A stretch of DNA of 64,000 bases from a virus (IMGVR_UViG_2744054422_000002:1-64000), one strand, 5' to 3'; shown: positions 46,732 to 57,865, counted from the first letter of the stretch. The notes: generated by a model not told the origin, from the sequence alone. Numbers and translations are program-made.

Positions 46732-47069
46732 TTACCCACCTCGCCGAGGGCGTCGTCGACCCGGTTCAGGAGGACGGCCGCGCCCGCGACGGCGAGCCAC
46801 TCGACGCCGTGGACGAGGAGCGGGGCGTCATGGAACTGACCGGAGACGAGGAGCCAGGTCGTGAGGAGCGCGCCGCATACCCACCAGCCGGAGCAGTACA
46901 CGCAGCTGATGAGCGTCACCAGGGCCGTGCGGATCTTCGCGTCGATGTTGCGGCTGTGCCAGGTGAACAGCCGGTCACGGGGGGCGTCCAGGATCGAGTC
47001 ATGGACGACGAGTTGCGTGCCGCGATAGCCGGCAGCGGCCAGGACGGCGAGCTCGGGAATGCTGATCAT
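46728..47069 (-). CDS. DUF1360-like membrane protein with CxxC
   Basis: YRGTQLVVHDSILDAPR...LISCVYCSGWW; overlaps the portal start. Confidence 0.75.
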   Translation of the reverse strand: MISIPELAVLAAAGYRGTQLVVHDSILDAPRDRLFTWHSRNIDAKIRTALVTLISCVYCSGWWVCGALLTTWLLVSGQFHDAPLLVHGVEWLAVAGAAVLLNRVDDALGEVGK

Positions 47070-47253
47070 GTCCGCCCCTTGCAGAGGATCTTGCGATTGC
47101 GAGCGGGCACTATAGAGCATTCGGCGCAAATGGTTCCTTTGTTGATCTTTCTTCATGGATATCTGCGGCAACAGAGATCAAAAGGGGTGCGGGAGCACGC
47201 TCAAACTTGGGATCCTCGCGGTCACGGCAAACTCCGACCACGAGGACCAAGCG

Positions 47254-48438
47254 TTGATCATTCTGGATACATGCCTCCTCCGAACGTTCAGCCCGGAGAG
47301 CAGCAGCGCCGAGCTCCTGATGGCGATTCGAGCCACAGGCGCGCAACGCGTCGGCATCCCATGGATGGTGATGGAGGAACTGGTCGCCCAACAGGCGGTC
47401 AAGTACCAGGAGAGGCATGACGCGGCGGCGCACGCCTTGAAGGCACTGCGGCAGGTCACTCCATGGCATCTGCAGGAGCTACTGGACTCTTGCGACCTCG
47501 ACAGCGTGCGCGAGCACTGGCGGGACAAGTGGGGGGCCGTTGTTGAGACGATTCCAACCAGCGATGCAGCGCTGCGCCAGGCAGTGTTTCGGGAGGCCAA
47601 CTGCCTACCGCCCTGCAAGCCACCGAAGGGCGGCATCAAAACCGGTACGCGAGACGCCGCCATCTGGCTGTCCGCAGTCGAGTACGCCCGGACGAATCCG
47701 ACCGAGACCGTCTACTTCGTGAGCGCCAACACCAAGGACTTCGGAGACGGCACCGCCTACCCGAATCTCATGCAAGAGGATCTCGCTGGCATCAAGGACA
47801 GATTCGTCCACTGGACCGATCTGGACCAAGCCCTCACAGAGTTCGCGAAACCGACTGCGACCGATCAGCACAGAGTTGCTGTGGTCCTGAGTTCGCAGAA
47901 GACCCTCGACCAGGTCAAATCCGCTTTCTGGGTCGGCGGCAACCTTCCGATCGCTGGAGGTTTCCTGTGCACGGCAAGGATCGCGGCCGGCGAATGGTGG
48001 ATCCTCCCCTCTCTCCAGTGGGCGACAGTCGACGTAGCCCTTGAGGAGATCGAGAGGTCGCAGATGTACCACATCGGCGATCAGGAGTGGTGCGCCGCAA
48101 CGGTCCGCTGGATCATGACCGGCACCATTGCCCTGAGCGCGGGCGGCTCCGCTGCGGCTGCTTGCTCGGTGACCGCATCGATGCTCTTCACCCTCAACCC
48201 GGACGATTCGCGTATCACCGTACTGAGGGCCAGCGAACCTGTACCACTCGCGCACAACAGAGTCGATACCCTCAACAGACTTCCTGAGGCCTCCTGGACT
48301 CGCGCGGAGGTGGCGGTAGCGAAACTCCTGCATCTGGCCGCGCAGCCCTCTGCCCTTCTCCCGCTCCAAGGGCCACATCCCCACGAGGGAGCAGTTCTCC
48401 GGCGCTCCGGCGAGGATCGCGCTCCCGGGCGCACTTGA
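47254..48438 (+). CDS. PIN-domain protein (DUF4935-like), paralog of 39497..40762
   Basis: MIILDTCLL, VMEEL, KTGTRDAAIWLSAVEYA, YFVSANTKDF; TTG start after GAGGA. Confidence 0.8.
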   Translation: MIILDTCLLRTFSPESSSAELLMAIRATGAQRVGIPWMVMEELVAQQAVKYQERHDAAAHALKALRQVTPWHLQELLDSCDLDSVREHWRDKWGAVVETIPTSDAALRQAVFREANCLPPCKPPKGGIKTGTRDAAIWLSAVEYARTNPTETVYFVSANTKDFGDGTAYPNLMQEDLAGIKDRFVHWTDLDQALTEFAKPTATDQHRVAVVLSSQKTLDQVKSAFWVGGNLPIAGGFLCTARIAAGEWWILPSLQWATVDVALEEIERSQMYHIGDQEWCAATVRWIMTGTIALSAGGSAAAACSVTASMLFTLNPDDSRITVLRASEPVPLAHNRVDTLNRLPEASWTRAEVAVAKLLHLAAQPSALLPLQGPHPHEGAVLRRSGEDRAPGRT

Positions 48439-48509
48439 CCTAGGGGGGTGTGGAGTCGTGATCAATACAGCCGAGCGCGGTCCGGGAGCTGGCTGTGATC
48501 TGACCCTGC

Positions 48510-48760
48510 TCACAGTCGTAGAACGAGGCCCCCCACACACACCACCAGACCGAGCATGACGAAGGCCCACAGGCGACAACCACAGGCCGCTTCAACGGCG
48601 TTCGGCTGGTCCCTGCTCACCAGCGGCGTCTTCTCGCGCCATTTCGGGACCATCATGCGGACCCAAAACCACCAGGCCGGAGGGGCCACAGGCACCGCAA
48701 TGGCCAGCAAGATCACGTACGCGACTGGCGCCGACTGGGCGTACAAGAGCCCGTGGCCGC
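48510..48760 (-). pseudogene. Membrane-protein fragment
   Basis: Two TM-like segments with no credible start. Confidence 0.3.
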
Positions 48761-49148
48761 TACTACTGCTGCCGGGCCTTAATGATCGCCGGGATCCGGC
48801 TGAGCTGAGCGGCGGGCAGACCCATGGAAGGCCGCTACCGGGTCGCGAACGAGTCCGGACGGCCGCGTACGGCGATGAACGAGACGGAAACTGAGACGGA
48901 GCCATCACGTTCGCGGCGCGACTCCAACGAACCCCTCGCCCTTGTGGTTGCCCATGATGAAGGCGAAGCCGTGGCCCTCTGCCCACGTGAAGGTCGGCAT
49001 GCCTCCGAGGGCCGCCCTTTCGTCTTGCCTTAGCGCGGCATGGCCCATAAGTTGCGGTCATGTGTTCCCGAGAGGAGCCTGAGCGCACATCTCGGCATGC
49101 AGTCTTCAGTGAGTAGCCCGCTTCCCAGACAACTCATGGCTGAACAGC

Positions 49149-49958
49149 CTACTTTGAGGAATTCACCGGCTCTGGGAGCCACAGGAGTGCGCCAAACTGA
49201 TCTAGCTGGTCTCTCCTCTCGCGATAGTCCGGAAGGGCCCGGCCGACGAGGGTCCAGAACTCTGGCGAGTGGTCACGCTTGTGCAGGTGGGCTAGCTCGT
49301 GCACCAAGACGTAGTCGATCAACTTCGCGGGAAGTTGCATCGCGGCCCAGTGGATGTTGACCCCGCCTTCTCGATTGCAAGAGCCCCACCGGTAGCCGAG
49401 TCGGCGTACTGCGATGTTCTGGAGTGGCGCGCGCATCCGTTGAGCCCACGGCTCCGCGCGGGCCGGCAGCCAGACGTTCCCCCGACGGCGGTACCAGGTG
49501 ATGAGGTCGTCCTGGGCGTGATCCAGACAGTCCCGCCGCAGGAGGAGCCGTCCGCGCACCAATCCCACGGGCACGGGGGCCTCATCCACGATCTTCAGCC
49601 GGTAGCTACGGCCGAGGTAGTGGAATCCCTCTCCCGTGACAAACTCCTTGTCAGGCCGTAGCGCCGCTTCCTCTGTGCGTTCGTCGAGCTTGTCGTAGAC
49701 CCATCGTCGCCGACTCCGCACTACTGCGATCAACCGAGCAGTATCCAATCCAGCCGGGACAGTCGCGGTGATTCGTGCGTTGCGCTCCACCGTCAGCTTC
49801 ACACCACCGCGGTCCGGTACGACAACGACATCAATCTCCAGGCGGCCGACCTGCAGCGGGCCCGAACGAACCGGGCCCAGCTGCTCCTCCGTCGCTGCGA
49901 CCGCGGCCACTTCAGCTATTCCTCTGGAGTGAGTAGCGGTGGTGCCCAAGGATGTCAA
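49149..49958 (-). CDS. M48/YgjP (DUF45)-like metallohydrolase associated with type I R-M
   Basis: GEGFHYLG, RWGSC, YVLVHELAH, HSPEFW. Confidence 0.85.
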   Translation of the reverse strand: MTSLGTTATHSRGIAEVAAVAATEEQLGPVRSGPLQVGRLEIDVVVVPDRGGVKLTVERNARITATVPAGLDTARLIAVVRSRRRWVYDKLDERTEEAALRPDKEFVTGEGFHYLGRSYRLKIVDEAPVPVGLVRGRLLLRRDCLDHAQDDLITWYRRRGNVWLPARAEPWAQRMRAPLQNIAVRRLGYRWGSCNREGGVNIHWAAMQLPAKLIDYVLVHELAHLHKRDHSPEFWTLVGRALPDYRERRDQLDQFGALLWLPEPVNSSK

Positions 49959-52900
49959 ACAAGCTATCGGCGAGGTGGTCGACTTGTGAGGGGTCCGCTA
50001 CCCCCAGATCGATCAAGAGACGGAAGACGGCCGCGCGCAGGTCTCCCTGGGCCACAGGGTTGGACCAGAAGTTCTTCTTGCGCACGTGCTTCACTGCCTC
50101 ATCTTCGATCTTCTCTGCCACGAGGACGAGACGGTCGTGTACCTCCTGCGCCAGGACGCCGTCAGTGATCGCCTCAGACACCATCTCGCCGTAAAGTGCT
50201 CGCTCCAGCGGAGACAGCGCAGCCAGCCTCTGATCCCCATGGTCGCCGCTACCCTCATAGACAGCGATGACCTTGCTGGTCAGATCCTTGAAGAGCAGCA
50301 CCTGCTGGTCCCACTGGTCAGCATAATCCCGCAGGATCTCTTCCAACCGCTCCCGCAGCTTGGTGTACTCGGCAGGGTCCTCCCCAAGGTGCACCTCGAT
50401 ATGACGCCGGATGGCATGCTCCATCGTTGACGCCTGCGCCTTCGCACCAGGCAGGTCCTCGACCTTGTCCGCGAAATCCCCCGCAGTGAGCTGCCGTGGC
50501 GGTATCACCTGCTTCACGCCAAGCGCGGCGATGTGCTGGTCGATGAGTTCGCGAACCTTCTCGCCGTAGAGCGAAGCATCGAAGTCGCTGCTGTCCTGGT
50601 AGCGATCTCGTGCCCAGGTACTGATCTCTGAGTACAGCCGAACGTCGGCGAGGTAGTCCTTGGCCTCCTGCCGGGGCATTACCGTCTCGACGGTAATGAG
50701 GAACTTCCGCAGCGCACTGTCGAACTGGCTGCGCAGTTCGTCGTCCTCCAGGAGCTGCACACACTCCTCTATCGTCTGCTTGTCGCCAGCGGGGGTAACG
50801 CCGCGCTCGGTGAACAGCATCCGCAGACGGTTGCGTCGTGGTTCCAACCTGGCGATCTCCGCGCCGAAGTCGGTGGGGGCGCCTTCAGCGTCCTCGGCGG
50901 CATACGCGTCCATGGCTGCCTGGAGGTGCTTGGAGATGCCCGCATAGTCCACGACGAATCCGGCGGCCTTGCCGTCAGCAGTGCGGTTGACCCGCGCGAT
51001 GGCCTGCAGTAGGTCCGCTTCCTTGATCCGTCGGTCCAGGTACATAACCTGCTCGATCGGGGCATCGAAGCCGGTCAGCAGCATGGTGCGAACAATCAGG
51101 AACGCGACGGGCTTCTCCCCGTGAGCCGGCTTGTCGGGGAATGCCTTGAGGAACCGTTCAACGACGTCCTCGTGCCCCTTCGCATCGGTCCATTGGTCCA
51201 TTTCCTCGTCTTGATTGTGGTCCCCTGAAATGACCGGTACGAAGTCGATGGCCTTGAGTAGCTCCAGTTGCCGGTGTGCGGCAACGGCGATCGCCTGCTT
51301 GGCAGTGAGCCTCTCGGTAGGCTTCTCCAAGACCACCGACGACAACTTCTCCGCCTCGGCGACCAACTCATCCCGGGCATGGAGCAGCGCGTCTCGATAC
51401 CGTACGGCGATCTTCCGGGAGTGGGCGACGACCTGTCCCTTGAAGCCGTTCGGCATCACGCTGGAGACATAGTGGGCCAGCATGTCCCGGGCCTTCTTCA
51501 GGATCAGGCTATCGGCGCTCAGTACGTCGCTAGTCGTGGCGTACCGCTGCTGGAGCTTGTCGTACTCCTCCTCGGTCAGTTCGGGGAAGTACGAGGCAAA
51601 GGCGTCATCGAGATCCTCGGCGTCTGTGATGGCGGCCTTGGCGATTCGGCCCTCGTAGACGATCGGGACGATCGCCCCGTCCTCCTCAGCATCGGTGAGC
51701 CGATACTGGTCGATGAACGTGCCGAAGATGTCCGCAGTGCGGTTCTTCGCCCGCATGATGATCGGCGTTCCGGTGAAGCCGATCCGGACAGCGTTCGGCA
51801 GAGACGCCATCAGGTTCTGGTGCAGCTTGGAGCCGTGAGAGCGGTGGGCCTCGTCCACCAGGATCAACACCGACTCTCTGTCATTGAGTTCGCCCCAGCC
51901 GACGGCCCGGTCGTGGGTGAGGGCATCCGCTGCAGCGGCCTGCTTCGACTTGGCGGCATCCACCTGCTTCTGCAGCATCACGAAGGCCAGGCCAGCGCCC
52001 TTCTTACGCAGCGCGGCCGGCACACCGGTTGAACGCTTCACGACGTCGGGCTTCTCGCCAGTGAGTACCGCTGTCTTCGACAGCTGGGTCTGCAATTGGG
52101 TCCGGTCCGTGACCAGCACGATCTTGAACTGGCTCAGCCCCGGCGTCGATCTCATCTTGCGCACCAGGAACACCATGGTCAGCGACTTGCCAGAGCCCTG
52201 GGTGTGCCAGACGATCCCGCCCCGCCGGTCGTCCTTGCCATCCTGTCGCTTGGTCTTGCCGGTCAGCAGGCGCTCCACGGCACGGTTGACAGCACGGTAC
52301 TGCTGATAGCGGGGCGCGATCTTTACGCGGCGGGTACCGCCCTCATCGGTGGCGACGTCCATGAAGACGACGAAGTTCTTCACAATGTCGAGGAGTTGAG
52401 CCGGTCGTAGTACGCCGGCAGCGAGGATCTCCTGTGCCCACAGGGCGTCTTTGTTCTTGCCGAGTTCCGTGGCGAGATCAGCCCTGGCCAGGGGGTACGG
52501 ATCGCGCCACACCGAGTAGTGGTCGGCGTGCGATGTATAGGTGCCCAGCATAGCCTTGTCACCCGTGGTCGCCACAGTGAGCTGAACGGTCCGGAAGAGC
52601 GGTTCGCTGCCCTCACTGTGAGTCTTAGCCCCACGCTGATTGGCATAGCGACGCAGCTGGTCGATAGCCGGGGACAGGGAGCCGCCATGCATGGCGGGTT
52701 TCTTGCACTCGATGACGACCAGCGGGATGCCGTTGACGAACAGCACCAGGTCCGGGACGACGGACTTTTGCCCCGACGTTCCTTGCACGTCCATCCGGAA
52801 CTGCGACACGACGACGAAGTCGTTCCGCTCCGGGTGAACCCAGTCGATGTACTGCACCCGCTGGTCGCGGCCACTGTCCCAGCCAGGCAGTCCGTCGACT

Positions 52901-53229
52901 GTGACACCGATCAGGAGCAGATCGGTTGAGACTGTGTTGGCCTCCAGGAGGGTGGTTGAGGGGAACCGCGTCAGCGCATTAACTGCCTGCGAAATACGCG
53001 CCTCGTCCAGCCACTCGCTACCATTTGTATCGAGGTTGAGCTCCCGCAACTTGCGCCGCAGGAGTCGCTCGAGAACCGGCTCCGCGAAGGAGCCCCGGAG
53101 CGATGCCCCCGGGTCCCTCGGTTCTACCGCGCCGGGCGTGCTTCCCCCCGCGTGCCGCCACCCCATCGCCACGAGCTGCGCGATGAGCGGCTCCTCGACG
53201 AGTACGTACTCCAGCCCCGACTCCGACAC
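49912..53229 (-). CDS. hsdR: Type I restriction endonuclease subunit R
   Basis: PDLVLFVNGIPLVVIECK, HTQGSGKS, DEAH, FTGTP, MLLTGFDAP, QAIARVNR. Confidence 0.95.
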   Translation of the reverse strand: MSESGLEYVLVEEPLIAQLVAMGWRHAGGSTPGAVEPRDPGASLRGSFAEPVLERLLRRKLRELNLDTNGSEWLDEARISQAVNALTRFPSTTLLEANTVSTDLLLIGVTVDGLPGWDSGRDQRVQYIDWVHPERNDFVVVSQFRMDVQGTSGQKSVVPDLVLFVNGIPLVVIECKKPAMHGGSLSPAIDQLRRYANQRGAKTHSEGSEPLFRTVQLTVATTGDKAMLGTYTSHADHYSVWRDPYPLARADLATELGKNKDALWAQEILAAGVLRPAQLLDIVKNFVVFMDVATDEGGTRRVKIAPRYQQYRAVNRAVERLLTGKTKRQDGKDDRRGGIVWHTQGSGKSLTMVFLVRKMRSTPGLSQFKIVLVTDRTQLQTQLSKTAVLTGEKPDVVKRSTGVPAALRKKGAGLAFVMLQKQVDAAKSKQAAAADALTHDRAVGWGELNDRESVLILVDEAHRSHGSKLHQNLMASLPNAVRIGFTGTPIIMRAKNRTADIFGTFIDQYRLTDAEEDGAIVPIVYEGRIAKAAITDAEDLDDAFASYFPELTEEEYDKLQQRYATTSDVLSADSLILKKARDMLAHYVSSVMPNGFKGQVVAHSRKIAVRYRDALLHARDELVAEAEKLSSVVLEKPTERLTAKQAIAVAAHRQLELLKAIDFVPVISGDHNQDEEMDQWTDAKGHEDVVERFLKAFPDKPAHGEKPVAFLIVRTMLLTGFDAPIEQVMYLDRRIKEADLLQAIARVNRTADGKAAGFVVDYAGISKHLQAAMDAYAAEDAEGAPTDFGAEIARLEPRRNRLRMLFTERGVTPAGDKQTIEECVQLLEDDELRSQFDSALRKFLITVETVMPRQEAKDYLADVRLYSEISTWARDRYQDSSDFDASLYGEKVRELIDQHIAALGVKQVIPPRQLTAGDFADKVEDLPGAKAQASTMEHAIRRHIEVHLGEDPAEYTKLRERLEEILRDYADQWDQQVLLFKDLTSKVIAVYEGSGDHGDQRLAALSPLERALYGEMVSEAITDGVLAQEVHDRLVLVAEKIEDEAVKHVRKKNFWSNPVAQGDLRAAVFRLLIDLGVADPSQVDHLADSLFDILGHHRYSLQRNS

Positions 53230-53272
53230 GATGCTCTCCGTCTCCCCCAGCGTGTCACTCGATCAAACGAGG

Positions 53273-54493
53273 CTACCGCTCAGCACCGACAGGCACCCGT
53301 ACGCGTCCGGTGAGGAGGTCGTCCATGAGCGCCTTCTGCTGCACTTTTAGCATTTCTTGTTTTGCAGCCGTACGCTGTTGTAGATGATCGATTGCCTGCA
53401 TCGAATCCACGATCCTACCTTGCACCTCCAGCGACGGAAGTTCGATGTCCATCCCGCGCAGTGACGTAGGGTTCACATTCACCTGCTGAGCCCCTGGCGT
53501 AGCCAACCTCCTTACACGTCGCCTGATCAGGTCATGCTCAAGCCACTCCACCAAATAGGCTGGGTGCACGCGAGTTCGATCAAAGTTAAGACGGATCAAG
53601 TATGAAGCGAAAGAGGCACCATGGAGTTCGTCACTCCACACGCAACTCTTCCCGACTCGCTCCAAACTGTTAGTTCGATTGAATAGAACATCGCCAGCCT
53701 TGAGCAGCAATCGTGCCGGAATTTGCACGTCGCTATACTTCAATTCTTGAAGCGCCGGCTTCCCATTCTGAATATTGTTCATGCGCAGAACCGGAGTTCC
53801 CCTCGCATCATCCGTCAAAGAGGAAGAGATTCCGTAGTCGGCGCTCGGCACGACGTCCCTCAAGGCAAGAAGTTCCCAATCCGGAATTTCTGTAGGCTCA
53901 GGGGAAACGGGGATGAGGTCGCGAACCAGGGCTACACGCTCAAGGCCGACCTTTTCGAGGATCTTCCCCAATGCCGCAATTTCCCCTTCGAGCGCTTCAA
54001 GGATCTCCACAATTCGGCGCTGCTCGTCTAGCGTCGGTAGGTGTAGCTCCAGCGCGAAGAAGTCATCGACCTTCACGTTGAGGAGGCCGTGATTGCGAAC
54101 CCCCTCCTTGGCGATATCCAAGATTGCGTCGTTCAGGATTCCCGAATCGAAATAATGCGACACAAAGGTTGCGTCAGCCACCTCAGGATCCACTCGGAAA
54201 CAAATATAGAGAGGGGAGACAACTCCGGAATCGTAAAGGCCAAGTTGCCGTACCACCCCTGCCGGGTAGCCCGCCGAGTAGCTCTTATTGTATGCGAAAT
54301 CCCCTCGGCGGAGTCGGAAATACTGCGAGAGATCCGCGCTTGCGACCCTCCGATTAAAGAATTCCTCTTGACTGACAAGCCCATGCTTGGCCGAGATTGT
54401 CAAGACATTTCGATCGTCGGCAAGGTTTCGCTGAGTGACGCGCGAGGCAAGACTGCCAAGGTTGCGCGTAGTCCATCCCTCGACCCCAGCCAT
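53273..54493 (-). CDS. hsdS: Type I R-M specificity subunit
   Basis: Two TRDs; LPTLDEQRRIV / LPSLEVQGRIV; KALMDDLLTGRVRV; visibly lower GC. Confidence 0.9.
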   Translation of the reverse strand: MAGVEGWTTRNLGSLASRVTQRNLADDRNVLTISAKHGLVSQEEFFNRRVASADLSQYFRLRRGDFAYNKSYSAGYPAGVVRQLGLYDSGVVSPLYICFRVDPEVADATFVSHYFDSGILNDAILDIAKEGVRNHGLLNVKVDDFFALELHLPTLDEQRRIVEILEALEGEIAALGKILEKVGLERVALVRDLIPVSPEPTEIPDWELLALRDVVPSADYGISSSLTDDARGTPVLRMNNIQNGKPALQELKYSDVQIPARLLLKAGDVLFNRTNSLERVGKSCVWSDELHGASFASYLIRLNFDRTRVHPAYLVEWLEHDLIRRRVRRLATPGAQQVNVNPTSLRGMDIELPSLEVQGRIVDSMQAIDHLQQRTAAKQEMLKVQQKALMDDLLTGRVRVPVGAER

Positions 54494-54500
54494 TGTCTGC

Positions 54501-57005
54501 TCACGCATAACCCAGCACCTCAAGGAATCCCGCCAGTCGCTCGGCTGCAGCTACACGTTGATTCTCCAGGTCTGCGAGCGTCACCGCATACTTATTACCC
54601 CAGTTCAGGTATGCCGCAACCAGATCCTGGCGGCCCACTGACACGAAACGATCCATTCTTGCTCGCAAGTCCTCATCCAGGAAAGTAAGAACCGTCTCCT
54701 GAGCCTCTCCCACCGACAATCCCGCTGCGGCCTTCTTCAATTCGTAAACGAAGGCAGCCCGTAGTTTCTTGACCCCCGCCTTAGCATTCTTCAACTCAGC
54801 CTTAAGCTTGCGGAGATCCGCCGCGCTAAGGATCTCCTCCGGGCTCTGCTCCGGCTCGTCAACCTCGTCGTCGCCAGCAGCAGTCTTCTTCGGCGTGCCA
54901 GCCTTGATCTTGCCGTCCAGGTCAACGACCAGCGCCTCCGCGGCGTCCAGCTGCTCCACGTAGTCGGGGATCAGCGCCGGGACTAGCCGATGGCCTCTCG
55001 CCTTGCGCTGGTCGGCTCGCAGCCGCGCAAGAGTCTTGGAATCTGCGTCTTCCGGTTCTTCGAAGGCCGACTCGATGTTGGCCACCCAACGCTCGACAAC
55101 ACCCGCGAAGCCCTGCCTCGCCAGACTCTTAAGGTCGTACTGAACCTCGTACCACCAAGCCGCGATCACGCCAGAGAGCTGGAAACGGTTAAGTACTCCC
55201 ACCGACAGCAGGTCCCGGGTAAAGGTCGTCAGCAGTTCTTCACGCGTCTTCATCAGCTCGCCGCTCCTGTCCGAGACAAGCTCAGGTTCCCTCCCGAGAC
55301 CAGCCTCAGACACCTCACCAAGGGCGACAAGATGCTTCACATGCGCGTCCCGCCATTCGCCGTATACCTCCACAAGCTTCCGCTCGCGTGGCGCGGTCAG
55401 CGCCGGGATGCTGGCGGCTGTCGCCTCATATCCGGCATCAGGGAAGTCGTAGTAGTCGGCATCCCGCTCCTTGAAGAGCTTCGCCACGTCAACGCCGTAC
55501 GCCTTGAACAGCCCGGCCTTAGCTGCGACCTCCGCCTTCGGTACACCGCCGTGCAGGTGAGCCCGTACGTCTTGCGGTTCGGGCGGCGGGGCGTTGTCGA
55601 CGTAGCGGCGGATGTTGAGGTTGTAGTCGTTGTCCTTTAGTTCCTCAAAGGGGACGACCCGCGCGAAACCGTCGATGTTCTTCCGTTCCCGGAAGGCAGT
55701 GACGATCTTCTCGTCGTGTTGCGGGTCGACGGTGTTCTGAGCACGTCCCGCCGCGAACTCGCGGTCGGCGTTGATGAAGAGCACACCGTCCTGCTTATCT
55801 TCGGGCAGGCCGTCCGAGCCACGCAAAATCAGGATGCACGCTGGGATGCCGGTGCCATAGAAGATGTTCGGGCCGACGCCGATCACCGCTTCCAGGCGAT
55901 GCTCCTCAACCATCTGCTTCCGAATCTTGGCTTCGTCCCCGCCTCGGAAGAGCACGCCGTGCGGCATGACTGAGGCACCGACGCCGTCCGGCTCCAGCAC
56001 CGTCAGTACGTGCTGGATGAACATCAAGTCAGCCTTCTTGCCCGACTCCGGAGCCCAGCCGTATGCCATGCGCTCGGGGTGCGGCATCCCCTTCCGCTTG
56101 TAGTTCTGCGCGAAGGGCGGGTTCGTAAGAACGCGGTCGAAGTGAAGGAGTTCGCCCTGTGCGTCCTCGTGCTTAGGGTCAGCAAGGGTGTCGCCGTGTG
56201 CAATGCCCTCGCCAGTCATGCCGTGGAGGAGCATGTTCATCCGGGCCATTGCCCAGGCGCTTCCATTCTCTTCCTGCCCGTACACAGCAAGCGTCGAAGC
56301 GTCATGGCCGTGCTCCTCGACGTACTCCTTGGCGAGGATGAGCATGCCGCCGGAGCCGCAGCACGGGTCGTAGACCGAGTGGCCCTCCTTGGGCTCCACA
56401 AGGCGGACCATCATGCGGATCACGGAGCGGGGCGTGTAGAATTGCCCGCCCTTCTTGCCTCCCTCATCGGCGAACTCGCCGATGAGGTACTCATAGGCAT
56501 GGCCCAGCAGGTCGGGGAACTCGAAGTCCTCGTTGCGCAGCTGATAGCGGCCGAAGTGGTCGATCAGGTCCCGCACTGCGGTGGCGCTGAGCGGCGAGTT
56601 GCCCACCTTGCGCGTGAAGTCGATGTGATCCAACACACCGCCAAGGGCGAGCGAATTGTGATCCTCCAACGCGCCGAGCGCCTTGTTGAGCAGGTCGCCA
56701 GGGTTCGCCTCGCGGGCGTGGTCGACGATGTAGGGCCAACGAGCGGGCTCGGGTACGAAGAACTGATTGCTGGGGTAGTAACCCTTCGCCTCGGCAACCA
56801 TCTCCGCCCGGCTCTGGGAGTCGCCGGCGCGCAGCCGCTGCTGAATGACCTCGGCGCGCACGACATCGAACTGGTCGGAAGCGCGCTTCAGGAACAGCAT
56901 CCCGAAGATGTACTCCTGGTACTGCGACGCATCCATCTTGCCCCGCAGAATGTCCGCCGCAGCGAATAGGTGCCGTTCCAACTGGGGCAGGGTCAGCCGT
57001 GCCAC
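54501..57005 (-). CDS. hsdM: Type I R-M adenine methyltransferase subunit
   Basis: [33 protein letters not shown]; GTG start after GGAGG. Confidence 0.95.
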   Translation of the reverse strand: MARLTLPQLERHLFAAADILRGKMDASQYQEYIFGMLFLKRASDQFDVVRAEVIQQRLRAGDSQSRAEMVAEAKGYYPSNQFFVPEPARWPYIVDHAREANPGDLLNKALGALEDHNSLALGGVLDHIDFTRKVGNSPLSATAVRDLIDHFGRYQLRNEDFEFPDLLGHAYEYLIGEFADEGGKKGGQFYTPRSVIRMMVRLVEPKEGHSVYDPCCGSGGMLILAKEYVEEHGHDASTLAVYGQEENGSAWAMARMNMLLHGMTGEGIAHGDTLADPKHEDAQGELLHFDRVLTNPPFAQNYKRKGMPHPERMAYGWAPESGKKADLMFIQHVLTVLEPDGVGASVMPHGVLFRGGDEAKIRKQMVEEHRLEAVIGVGPNIFYGTGIPACILILRGSDGLPEDKQDGVLFINADREFAAGRAQNTVDPQHDEKIVTAFRERKNIDGFARVVPFEELKDNDYNLNIRRYVDNAPPPEPQDVRAHLHGGVPKAEVAAKAGLFKAYGVDVAKLFKERDADYYDFPDAGYEATAASIPALTAPRERKLVEVYGEWRDAHVKHLVALGEVSEAGLGREPELVSDRSGELMKTREELLTTFTRDLLSVGVLNRFQLSGVIAAWWYEVQYDLKSLARQGFAGVVERWVANIESAFEEPEDADSKTLARLRADQRKARGHRLVPALIPDYVEQLDAAEALVVDLDGKIKAGTPKKTAAGDDEVDEPEQSPEEILSAADLRKLKAELKNAKAGVKKLRAAFVYELKKAAAGLSVGEAQETVLTFLDEDLRARMDRFVSVGRQDLVAAYLNWGNKYAVTLADLENQRVAAAERLAGFLEVLGYA

Positions 57006-57194
57006 CCGAGCCTCCTTCTCATCGTCCGAGTCGCGCAGCCTGAAGACCACCAGCCTGCTGATCCTTGCGCGCTCTGGGTTGTCACTACCGTCTTACCGCA
57101 TCGCACTGACGGCACCAGGACTCATCATCCCGCACGAACCCCATGGAAAGTTCGACCACGAAGGGGCCAGGGCGATCGAGGCAGAGTGCCCCAC

Positions 57195-57400
57195 GTGACC
57201 GTTGACGATCTCATGAGGGCCCTGGCTACGCTGCGTCGAGCCCGGATAGGCAGTCGTGGAGCACCGCATAAACCCTTGCTGCTGCTCTGGCTCCTCAGTC
57301 GCTTCTCCACATCAGGAAGCACCGCGTCTCGTACAACGAGGTGGAAGAGTCCCTCAGTCGCCTGATCAACGATTTCGGGCCAGCCAGTCGGCGTGCACCG
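57195..57400 (+). pseudogene. Remnant of a phosphorothioate-binding (SBD-HNH) restriction endonuclease
   Basis: GAPHKPLLLLWLLSRF, frameshift, then YNEVEESLSRLINDFGPAS; HNH part missing. Confidence 0.55.
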
Positions 57401-57513
57401 GTTGCGATGGGGCGGGGTCCAGGCTGGCCGGGTCGATGCCGAGGAAAGCGAGCCGCTCCAGGTCACTGGGCATCGCGTCCTCCTCTGCGCTCACCCTCCG
57501 GCAGCCCACCTCT

Positions 57514-57534
57514 TAGAATCGAACGGGTGAACGA
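57514..57534 (+). promoter_or_regulatory. -10 element and SOS box overlapping a leaderless start
   Basis: TAGAAT then TCGAAC-GGGT-GAACGA spanning the GTG at 57527. Confidence 0.55.
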
Positions 57535-57865
57535 TAACTCGCCGTCGCGTCTGGAGATGCTGCACTTCGCACGCCGCATCGCTGAACAGCAGCTCACCCA
57601 GATCGACCGGTGGATCGCCGCGGAGGAACGGCGGGAAGCGGAACGTCAGCACGGCATCGCGGCCCGCCCTCCCGCACCGGACTGGCTGGTCGAGCACGGC
57701 CTGTCCGGCCAGGACTCGATGTACGTCCACACCGGCGACTGCTGGAACGCGGGGAAGCGCTCCAAAGGCGTCACGAGGGACACGGCGCTGCGCGCACTCA
57801 CCGAGGGTGGCGCACCAGCCTGCCCTCACTGTCGGCCGGACACCGCGCTCGGCATCCTGGAGGGC
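57527..57865 (+). CDS. DUF6233-like protein (frame runs on; true end uncertain)
   Basis: PPAPDWLVE...VHTGDCW...ACPHCRPDTALG. Confidence 0.65.

Noticed and set aside
4086-46864. Many long plus-strand and off-frame ORFs (e.g. 4086..5801, 14686..16587, 21788..23647, 41828..43726)
   Set aside because: Shadow frames of GC-rich minus-strand genes; Arg/Gly/Pro-rich with no motifs.
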